From the NCBI RefSeq assembly GCF_025526975.1, contig NW_026515670.1, positions 124,001 through 188,000 on the forward strand: 64,000 nucleotides of DNA, read 5' to 3'. The notes under the pieces are model-generated. The model was not told the origin of the DNA. It saw only the letters and a program-made list of their open reading frames with translations, and ran no database searches. Position 1 is the stretch's first letter; every line of letters starts with the position of its first letter. Positions 39,798 to 53,199 of this stretch are shown in pieces. The position numbers were made by a program, and so were the translations under genes. This DNA comes from Fimicolochytrium jonesii. Lineage: Eukaryota.

Positions 39798-42406
39798 ATG
39801 GACACAACAATGCAATCACGCCCGGACCCACGGGCAACATCAACATCCCCACGCAACAGCAGCAGCGTACCGGTCGACACCCGGCGAGACCTGAGCGCCG
39901 AGGAGTTGCTGGAGTCGGCGCCGGCGGTACCTGATGTGGAGCCTGGCGCGACGCAGGAGGATGCATCTGTGGTGAGGTTCCCCCAAAACTTCCTCGCGTG
40001 GGAAAATGTGGCGGGAGAAGGGCCGTTCGCCAGCGGGCTTCGGGCGGGGTTCGCTGAGTCTGTGGAAGGGAAAAAAAAAGAAGGGGTTTGTGACCGGGTT
40101 GTCCGGGGAGTGAACGTTCCCAACGCGTATGACAGCTTGCTCCATTTCGCACGACGACGACCCCTGGGGCATTGAGCAGCAACGGAGGACAGAGAACCCC
40201 TCAGACAGATTCCTCTCTGACGTCCTTTTCCGTGATCTCATTTAGCAGCAGGCAATCGACGAAGAAGGCGTCGACGCACTTCAGAACCTCAAAGAAGTCT
40301 CGCTACAAGCACTCGGCGTCCTGCTTCGCCGTCTCGTCGACGAAAAGGACAGCTCGCCCCAAACCGCCTCGTTGGGGAACACCTCGCACCAGCAGCAGGG
40401 GTCTTCGTCTTCACCGTCGTCTACTTTACCGCCGCAGGATAAGGTAACGCTAAGTGAGGAGGAACACCGCGAGCTGAAGGGGCTTGTCGGAAACTTGCCA
40501 CCGGAGAAAATTAGCAGGGTGAAGAGCATACTGGGACGGAAACGGGCTGGAAGTTCACCTCAGGTGGGTTTTTCTGGTTTGTCTGGTTTTTATTACGGCG
40601 GTTGGAAACAAAACGACATCCAAGGAGGATACAGTGTCACTTATGTTGAATCAAATATAGGCACCATCCCCATCCATTCAATCCGACGCAAACTTGGCAA
40701 TCGTGAGAAAATCAACTTTAAAGGAGCTGTATTCGTTCGTGAAAGGGGAAGACGCAAACGCAAGCGTTAGCAAACTTTCGGCAAAAGACCTTTCGGCACC
40801 TCCGAAACACACTGGACAAACCATGCTCTCGGCGCTGAAATCGAAAGTGGGCACTATGAGTCGGTCACAATCCTCTAGTGCTCTCGTACAGGACGCTGCG
40901 AGTGCAGATGATGCCTCCTCGAATAAACACGTTACAGATTCCAGCCACACGACCACTCAAAACGATGCGTCAGAATCTTCACCAATAGCTCCGCTGCGAA
41001 GCTCTTCCTTTTCATCCGTGGCGGACTCCGACACCACGGATGTCGGCCATGACCTACTCACCGACCACGGCCTCGCGCTCGCCATCGCCGCATTATGCAA
41101 TGGATTATATCGGATATTAGACGTGAACGAAATCAGGAATTCAGAAGCACCGCAAGGCGGATCTACAGACAAGGACGCAGCAAAGACCGCAGCGGTGACT
41201 GACACGATGTTTGCGGCAGTCACGCGGCAGATGAGCGCTATCTGCGAACAGCGAAACATGCTCGATCGTGACAGTCTGCAACCTGAACAGCGCGCGTTGT
41301 GGGAGGAATGCGAACGACTTATGTCTCTCGTCCGCACCATTGTCGCTGCACGTCAACGCGTCGGTTCTGCACCCCCAAGCTATGAGGAAGCACTGGTGGG
41401 CGGTGCCAAGGGCTCGGCACCCAACTACTCCAAACGTGACGACGAGCTGAGTCGTGTCATCTCTGCGATCGACCGGGTGATGTACGCCGCGCCGCGTCTC
41501 GACAATCAGTCCGTGCAACTGAACGCTCGCCAAGAGAAGGTCATGTCCGCCGCTGCGTTGGGCGCGATGATCGAGCGTCTGAACCGCGGAAAGGAGGATT
41601 TCGACGCGCAGAGGGCGACGTCTAGCCAGTCTCATCGATACGCGGCGCTGCAGAATTTGGTGGATCAGCTGGCCGCCGCTGGGGAGCGCAGCATGTCTGA
41701 TCAGCGGGTTACGCTGTCTACGGAACAAAGCAAGCGGATAGAGATGGGCAAATTGAGCGGGATTCTTGATAGGCAGGAGAAGACTCGGTTCAAAAATCAG
41801 GTACGTGTTTTGCATTCCTTCGCTCCTCCTTCTTTCCGAAGATGCACACTGTCTGATCCACACGCCCACGTCTCTCAGGACGCAGTAACCCGCGAACAAC
41901 GCCTCCTAAACGACCTCTCCCACCTCACCAACTCCCTCACAAAGCCCTCCCCCCAATTCGCGGCACAGCGCTACGAAGTCTCCTCGGAGAAGCAACGCGA
42001 CATGTTTCTCTCCTCCCTCGGCGCGCGCCTGCAACGCACCTCCGAGCGCCGCATGGGCAACCAGGACGCCATGGCGCCCTCCGACCTGCGCGACATACGT
42101 ATCGCGGAGCTCGAGAAGATCATGGATCGGATCCCGCAGGGCCTCAAGGAGCAGCGCGCGTCGTATGTCAGTGCCAAGGATAGGAGTTTTCATGAGCTGG
42201 AATTGGTGTTGGATAGGATACCGGTGGGGCTGAGTGGGCAGCGCGCGTCGACTACCTCCTCTGTTGTTGGCGCGGCGGCGAGGAGTACAACGCCGAGAAG
42301 TAGTGAAATGGCTAGTAGTAAGTCGGCGGATTACTTTGCGGCGTCCAAGACTGTTCCGGATTCGAGGTCGACTGATGTGCCGGTTGTTGTTGCGGGGAGT
42401 CGTTGA
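39798..42406 (+). CDS. Hypothetical helical protein with recurring R(L/M)xxQR-like motifs, multi-exon
   Basis: Long open frames joined at apparent introns (e.g. ~41801-41878). Family not recognised and exon structure is approximate. Confidence 0.6.
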
Positions 42407-42494
42407 GGGTTGAATCGTCACTTACACCATGTTAATCTTGATCTACTCCTTCCCCTCTTTTTGGTCTTTTTAATCTCCATTGCCCCTTCTTGAC

Positions 42495-42591
42495 TACAAG
42501 TTGCCATCATCGGCGACGCCTCAGGCAGAGGTACAATGATGTGGATGGCAGATAACCACCACGGAAAATGGAATGGGGTGAAAATTCTAGA

Positions 42592-42600
<9 letters not shown>
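42495..42600 (-). ncRNA. Candidate Fanzor omegaRNA scaffold / element right end
   Basis: Lies immediately downstream of the Fanzor stop. Stem TGCCATC (42502-08) / GATGGCA (42544-50) encloses a GCC-TCA-GGC mini-hairpin. Position matches known TnpB/Fanzor omegaRNA loci. Boundaries are uncertain. Confidence 0.45.
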
Positions 42601-45554
<2,954 letters not shown>

Positions 45555-45900
45555 GTTGGCTGTGCTGTGCCGAGACAGGTGTTGCAGGTGATTGCCGTGA
45601 TGGCTGTGTGTCAAAGAACTCGCGTCAGTGCGGAGAGCGGGGAGGATTTGCAGCCTGGCGCAGTCATGGCGCAGTTGTGGTTGACAAGCCGCACCTCCAA
45701 GACCACACTCTCCTCCTCTCACACGAAATGTCAAGCGCTTGCAGCTCACGCTTGCAGCTCACGCAACTCACGCAGAGCACACTCTGAGCATGGAAACGTC
45801 AAGCGCTCGCGGCGGATGACGGCCCCCTCACCCCCCTGGCCAGCACCCACCTCCTTCCAGCTCAAGCCCGGCAACTCACGCAGAGCTAGCACATTTGAGC

Positions 45901-46604
45901 ATGGAAACGTCAAGCGAGGTGAGTGGCCGCTGGGTGTTGACCGCCTGGGCTCGCGGTCCATGTTGAGCAGTACCGCCGCTTGCGGGAGGTCAACCTGCAT
46001 GGGCTGTGCTGTCTGAGCGTCTCCGCTGGGTGTTGACCGCCTGGGCTCGCGGTCCATGTTGAGCACAACCGCCGCTTGCGGGAGGTCGACCTGCATGGGC
46101 CGTGCTGCCTGGGCGTGTTTGCTATACGCTGATCTCGCGGGCTGAGCCGCTAACACCTTCCCTCCCCCCCTTCCCCTCTACCGCGCCACAGGCCACGCCC
46201 CCCGTCGCACCCACCGCGGTCAAGGCTCTTCTGATGGGCATGGGTGAGAGCCGCGCCACAGCTATCTTCGGCGACACGGTGGCCTTTTTGTATCCCCTGC
46301 TGGTAGACGCCGGCCTTGCCGCCCGGGACGCCAGCCTAGAAGACAAGGGCAAGGCGATTGGCCTTTTTTCAAAGAAGATCAAGCAAGACAACCCCACCCT
46401 TTGGGGTTGGTGGATCAATAGGTTAACGCGGTCCCGTCACCAGAAGAAGCGCGCCAAGCACAACATTGGGCTCCAGTCCGGCATCATCGCCGCGATCAGC
46501 GATGGCAGTCTTACCACGGCCGACTTCTTGGTGGACCCCCAGCCCTCCGCTAGCCGCCCGGCTGCTCACATCGTGGTGCCAACGCCCGCCTCGTGCGATG
46601 ACTG
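45901..46604 (+). pseudogene. Unknown gene divergent from Fanzor, interrupted by the LTR insertion
   Basis: ATG 45901 METSSE, then GTGAGT intron with GCTAAC branch point and CAG at 46191, then in-frame ATPPVAPTAVKALL...ASCDD up to the LTR start at 46605. Confidence 0.55.
45927..46107. repeat. Two near-identical ~85-bp direct repeats (96-bp period)
   Basis: CCGCTGGGTGTTGACCGCCTGGGCTCGCGGTCCATGTTGAGCA...GTGCTG at 45927 and 46023. Confidence 0.85.
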
Positions 46605-46823
46605 TGTAATGAGGTGCTGCAGGTGTCACCTTAGTGCGGGGAAGCGCGTAGGGCATGAGATCACGTGTAGCATAGATTATATTGGAGTTCTACGCTCTGG
46701 GGTGACTCCCGAAGGGGAGAAAAGCCTTCGGGCGGCGCCCCGGGAGGTAGAAACTCCAGAATTCTTTCAATACATCGAGCGGAGACAGAGCTAGCCTCTG
46801 GCAACGGACCTAGCATTACTACA
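46605..46823 (+). repeat. Probable 5' LTR of the Ty3/gypsy element
   Basis: Bounded by TGTA...TACA and followed directly by PBS-like TGGTAGCAC (46824). No second copy in the window, so the left boundary is inferred. Confidence 0.6.
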
Positions 46824-49800
46824 TGGTAGCACCACCCTTCAAGATCTCTCCGGCAACCTACGATGAGCAACTCTCAGGCAGGTGCTAATACCGCTGTCAG
46901 CTATGCGATGGTTAACAATGACCGCTTAGAGCTTGACCCATTTGAACACCCACATCGAAGGGCGCAACGGCTCGACGGCGACCAACGCCAAGGCAACGGC
47001 CCCGCAGAGCGTAACCGCCCCTTGCACAGGCGCAGGGGGTCACCCTCGTGGTCGCCACCTGGAAGGAGGCACTCCCGCTCACGCTCACCTCGTCAACGTC
47101 GAAGCCCAGACCCCCGACGCTGAAATCGGACGCCAGAGCGATGCAGGCGCAGACGACGAGGTCGCAGGAGCATCTCCCCACCCCGTCGAAGGAGCCGCTC
47201 AGTAAGCAGCTACCGCAGCCGCTCCCCGGCGAGGACCCGAAGCCGCTCCCCCATGCTGCGCAGGAGCCGTACCCCAGCCCGACAGGAGAACGGACAGACA
47301 ACAATCCTCCAAATCCTAGCCCAGCTGGCCAACACCAACGCCCAACTCCAGCAGCAATTCGAGCGCCTGGAGAGGGACCGCCCAGATGACAGCCCCTTTG
47401 CTGGAGTACGAGTGAGCCGTGAGGACCATTTGGCGGCTAGCAAAGAGCGTAAGCGCAAGGCGGCCGCCGAGAAGGAGTTCCGAACCACCTTGGCTAAGAT
47501 GCTGACCAAGTTCAGTGGTAAGGCTAAATGGTAAAGACATGGTCGCCAAACTGGACGAGTTCGGCGACGCCCACCTACGCTATCTGGAAGCCACCGAATT
47601 CAGAACGGAGGATGGGGACGTGAAACACTTTGTAGCCCACTTGTCGGGGGACGCCGCTGAGTGATGGAAGCTTGAGGCTTGCTCCGGAGAGCCTCCCGCC
47701 ACCCGGGAACGGTTCCTGAAGGCACTCAGGCGCAGGTTCTACCCCGTTAACCTCCGTAATTCGGTCGACGCGAAACTGGCCGCCCTGAAGTTCAAAGACA
47801 GCATGTCAGACTACGTTTTGGCCTTCAACGCACTGACCACACAGATTGCTATCCTCCCTGAAAAGGAACATCTCACACCGCGACAGGAACGTGAGTACTT
47901 CTTGAACGGGCTGACCTTCCACCAGGTCGGACGTCGCATCCGTGAACAGTGTTACCAGTTCATCCTACAACAGGGCAATGAGGACGAAGACATCCCCATC
48001 AAGACCCTTCAGGAAGCTGCCCAGAGGGCCTCTCGCATCAGGCGTTATGCCGACGGGACCGCCCGCATTTCGGAAGACGGCAAACGGATCCAACCCGCTA
48101 CGGCCACTCCGGCCCAGGCTCGCGACAAGCGCGATACGCCCCGCACCTTCAGGTGCCCGCCGAGGCCTTCGATGATGACAACGACGGGTTCCATTCGGCC
48201 GCGGAGGAGCCCCCAAGCCCCGCATACTCCGTCGACAGTCAGGATTTTCTCCCCAGGGCCTGACCGCCTGCAGCGCCTCAGCGTCCAGACAACCCAAGGG
48301 ACCTACCAGACCCTGACTGCATGACACCATTCTGGAATACCGCCCCGGGCCTGTCATCGACAAGCACACGTTCATGGTCCATGGACGTGTCGGCGGCGTC
48401 TTCTGCCGCATCCTCATAGACACTGGTTGCAATACCATGCTCATCAGCGACTCATTCGCCCAACGCCATGATCTTAACACGTACAGCTGTCCCACGCCCC
48501 TCGAGGTGCGCTGGGGTGACAAAGCCGGATCATACGGCCCCATGTGGATGATTTGTGCCGACCTCTCCGTCTTCACGGAAGAACGAATACCTCATAAGAC
48601 CCCTCGGGTCCCGTTTGTCGTGGCCCCGATCCGCGCGGATGTTATCCTAGGGCTGCCCTACATCCTGGACCTTGACCTCATACACTTATGGCGCAACAAT
48701 GGGTTCCCGGCGCTTCAATTCGAGGCTAACGCAACCGTACTAACTTTCCGCACTAAACCTACCGCCCGCCAATGGCAACAACCCAGCGCTTGCGCGGCCC
48801 GGTTACTCAAACGTCATACGGGCCCTCGCCCCCGCTGTTTCTACCCAAAGCGCGCGGCCTTAAATGAGGAGGGCTTCCTCACTGCCAAACAATTCAAGCG
48901 AGCAATCAAGAGGGATAAGACCACCGAGGTCTATCCCGCATGGGTCTCAAGCACGGACACGGAGGTGGACCTGGCCACAGACGATGCCCTCGCGGACGTC
49001 GCCGAAGCCGAGGCTAACTTTGTTCACACGGTCGAGGCGAAGAAACGTGCGATCCTGGCGGACCGAAAGGCAACGGCCACCCCTCCGGATACCACCCCGG
49101 ACAATCCACTCGCGTCGGTCGCCGCCGACCACCCTCTTCGCCCGACGTTGGAACAGTTTACAGATACCCTCTTCACCGAACAGACCGGCCTCCCGCCGGA
49201 CCGTGGCGACAACAACTTCAGCATCAATCTGAAGCCTGGCTCCAAGCCTGTCATGCTCCCACTCTGCCACTTGGCCCCCAATGAACTCGACGAGCTACGG
49301 CAGCAACTCGAGCGCCTATCATCCCGTGGGATCTCCCACTCTAAGAGCGCCTGGGGGGCACCCGTGCTGTTTGCCCCGAAGAAGCACGGTGGCCTCCGCT
49401 GCTGCATCGACTACCGGGCCCACAACAAGATGACCCATAAGGACGCCACGCCCCTCCCGAACCTCAACGAGCTCGTCGGGATGAAGGTCTTCACTGCTAT
49501 CGACATCCACGATGCCTACCACTGCATCCTCATTCGGGAGGAAGACCGTGAGAAGACTGCCTTCTGGAAGCGCTTTGGCCACTTCCAGTACAACGTATTA
49601 CCCTTCGGGCTGACGAATGCGCCCGCGACATTCCAACGCCTCACGAACAAACTCCTGGGCGACAAGTACAATTCATTCCTCATCTCTTACCTCGATGACA
49701 TCCTTATTTTCAGGCCTGACATGGACTCACACATTGGGCATGTCACCGAAGTGCTCAAGACCCTCTCGGCTCACCACCTCCACGTGAAACCGTCCAAATG

Positions 49801-51891
49801 TCAGTGGGCGGTGGACCAGGTCGAGTTCTGCGGGCACATGGTCGGTAAGGACGGCCTTTCCATCGCCCTGTCCAAGGTCGAGGCTGTCCACGCTCGACCC
49901 AAACCCACCAGCGCCCTCGAGCTCCTCTCCTTCATGGGGCTAGTCAACTATGTCAAGGAATACATTCCGCATTATGCTGACACAGCCCTCCCACTGACCA
50001 ACCTTCAATCCGGCACCCGCCCGTGGCAGTGGGGCGCCGAGGAACAAGCAGCATTTGACACCATCAAGGCGCGCGTCGCCGACGCCCCTTGCCTGGCGTT
50101 CTTCGACCCTGATAAGTTCCCCTACGTCTTCTCTGACATCGGGCTTTGCCGTAGGGGGTTGGATCGGTCAGGGCACGGACGGCGACTTTCCCAGGCCAAA
50201 TCCACTGCCCACCACGAAAAAGGGCCTCAATAACCTTCCGTGCCGGATGGCTCCGGCCGAGACCCGATACCCCGTGCACGAACAGGAGCTCCTCGCATTG
50301 GTCAAAGTGATCCGCGCTAACCGCCACTACCTCATCGGTCGCCAATTCCGTGCATTTGTCGACCACGAATCCCTCATATACCTCCAGAATCAGCCTCATC
50401 TCTCCCGGCGCCAGGCCGGATGGGTGGAGTTCCTTCAGGACTACGACTTCACTATCGAATACCTCCCCGGCAAGTTCAATCACATCGCCGACATACTCAG
50501 CCGCACCCCGCTGTACGCCCCGAAGTGCGCCAGCTGTCAGATGAAGGTCGAAGTGTTCTCCATTGTCACCCCGACACCTCTACCGGACATCACTGGCCGC
50601 CTCCCTACCGACGCCGAGTGGCTCACTGCGCTCGACGATGACAAGTTCTGCAAGGACACCCACGCCCACCTGCAGACCACCGAACAAACCCCGACGACCC
50701 CTCTACCCTCTTGGGTTTTGCCCGCCGCCTCACACGCGACGACCATGGCTTCCTTTTGTACCATGGCTGCCGCTACGTCCCCGAGGGCTTCGGGGCCCCC
50801 TCCTCAGGTTCTATCACGACTCCCTGGCCAACGGCGGCCACTCGGGTGTCCAGCGCACCGTCGCCAAACTCCTCGCGCTCTACTACTGGCCCCGCCTCGA
50901 GCGCGAGGTCCACCAGTACGTCTGGACTTGTCCCGACTGCCAACACAACAAGCAGGCTTCCAACTTCGGGCTCCTACGCAGCATTCCGGTCCCCGACGAG
51001 CGCTGACGTTGCGTCGGCTTGGACATCTACTTCCCCACAACGAACTCTAAGGGGGGGGAAGCGGGAGACGAGTCCGTCATGGACAAGGGAGCCGTCCTCA
51101 TCCTGGCGGACTACTTATCCAGCCGCATAATCCTCCTCGAGACCCATGCCAAGGCGACGGCAAAGTTGTTCTTCGACCAGGCCTTCCGCATCACGGGCAT
51201 GCCCCACACGATCATCAGCGATCGGGACACCAAAGGGACCGGCGCCTTTTGGAAGCACCTCCTGAAGTGCGCCGGCGTAGAGCAGGAACTCTTGTCGGCA
51301 CGCCAACCAGACCGACGGCAAGACGGAGAACGTCATCAAGACAATCAAGAAGATGATGGTCCCCTACCTGAACTACACCGGCTCGAACTGGCGCGAGATG
51401 CTTCCCCTCCTCGAGTACAACTACAACAGGACGCCCCAGACCTCCACGGGCATGTCCCCGTACAAGATCAACATCGGGTACATCCCGAAGGTACCAGACC
51501 AATGGGGTACCAGCGACCCAACAGAGCAACTGAAACAGGCCGATCAAAAGTGCATTGAGGAGCGCATGCAGCAACTGACCGAGGTGAGCCGCATCGTCCA
51601 GCACAGACTCCGAGAGGCCCAGGACAGGCAGGCAAGATACTACGACAGGAACAAGAATACGGACGCGTTCGTAGTAGGTGACCAGGTCCTGCTGAACCGC
51701 GAAGGCATCCATATCAAGAGTATCTCGGCCCGAAACAAGAAGCTGTCCGCGCTATGGATCGGGCCCTTCACCGTCATTGGGAAAGGGCCCCACCCGGACA
51801 CCTACGAGCTGGAGCTCTCCCACGAGTTCAGTGGACTACACCCGGTGTTCCATGTCAACATCCTACGCAGGTACAACCCTCCGGAGAACGG
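46605..51891 (+). mobile_element. Degenerate Ty3/gypsy LTR retrotransposon, 3'-truncated
   Basis: Gag fragments 46863-48324. Protease ILIDTGC, RT LPFGLTNAPATFQ and YLDD, RNase H YPVHEQELLAL, integrase GHSGVQRT...CPDCQ, GPF/HPVFHV region. Multiple frameshifts and stops. PPT and 3' LTR are missing. Confidence 0.95.
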
Positions 51892-51941
51892 CTGTCATAG
51901 GCCACCCATAGGCTGTACAGCCTATGGGTGGCCTATGACAG
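51892..51941. repeat. Perfect 50-bp palindrome at the gypsy/virus junction
   Basis: CTGTCATAGGCCACCCATAGGCTGT|ACAGCCTATGGGTGGCCTATGACAG, with no loop and no mismatch. Confidence 0.97.
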
Positions 51942-52866
51942 TAGCCTATCGGTCTATAGGTCATACTTCTCAACAGCCTACGGGGTCTATAGGTCATACT
52001 TCTCAACAGCCTACGGGTCAATGGCCCATAGTCCTCAACAGCCTATTCTCAGCATATGAGTCTATGGGCCACAGATCTCGTCAGCCTATCCTACAGATCT
52101 CAGCAGCCTATCGGCACGACTCCAGTCACGTGACCTCGCTGGGCCTTTGTTTATTAAACGACTTCGAGCCAATTCTTGCCAGGACTACACGCAACCCTCT
52201 CCGTTGTCTCCGGATTGGTCCTGTTACTTTGCGCGAATAACAACGTTATCGAGTGGTAGCCATTTTTAGCCATTTCATAGCCACTTCGTGGCCGTTTCGT
52301 AGCCATTTCCCTCCTCTCCATACTTTCCCTCTTTATCGAGTGAACACGCGTCTTTCACTGATTTTTATCGAGCCGTTTCGTCGAGCGTTTCAAATGGTAG
52401 CCAAGTAGCCATTTTCTGCCAGAATTCTCTCCGTATATATAAAACTGTGCTCCTCAAGGTGGTGGTCATATTCACCACCACCACCTTGTTGATCAAAATT
52501 TATACTATAACACCTTTCCAAAATAAATGGCTACTTGGCTACTTTCTATTCTCTTCATATTATTCTCTTCATTCTTCTTATCAAATTCAACCTTTCACTC
52601 GATCTAAAGTTCCTTGTCGAGTCAGAAAAAATGGCTACCTGAATGACTACGGATTGCTCTTAATGGCTACCTACCCCCGCTTCTACTTTTCCCCTCCCTA
52701 CTCATACTTATTCAATTTGATTCCTAGATATCCTCGTGACACTTTCTCTACACTTCTTTGACCAAAGTCGCCTACGCTTTTCATGATCTTTAACTTCTAA
52801 GTTCCGCATCCTTTCTGCGGGTCGCACACATTTAAGTATTTGAATACTATACATCAGACATTAGCC

Positions 52867-53199
52867 ATGCCAAACGTTCTTGAAATCAATTCGCATATCA
52901 AGTGTATCGAGGGAGTTTTTGTCATTCGTTTTGTCGTAGCAGACCTCGATAGTCTGGAACGAATATGTCGGTCTATGTTAAACAAACCCGGTTACATGGC
53001 ATATATCAAAGTAAATGACGAGAATCGGGGAATTTTTAAGCAGATCTATACCATTTTTAATAAGAAGAATAATCGTCTCCGTAAAGACTTCATTTTCAAG
53101 AGCGGGTATCTAGGTATTACTCAAGACTCCGAGCAATTACGGATGCTATGTGGAACAGACACAGACCATCGAGCGTGCGTTCTTGATATTGATACTTAG
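52867..53199 (+). CDS. Viral hypothetical protein (~110 aa)
   Basis: ORF MPNVLEINSH... converges on the fibre gene, and their stop codons overlap. Confidence 0.5.
   Translation: MPNVLEINSHIKCIEGVFVIRFVVADLDSLERICRSMLNKPGYMAYIKVNDENRGIFKQIYTIFNKKNNRLRKDFIFKSGYLGITQDSEQLRMLCGTDTDHRACVLDIDT

Noticed and set aside
51951..52115. CRISPR-like array
   Set aside because: The 33-bp repeats are directly adjacent with no unique spacers, and there are no cas genes.
51892..52240. C-terminal extension of gypsy integrase in ORF 51353-52240
   Set aside because: It is read-through into the palindrome and repeats, not a chromodomain.
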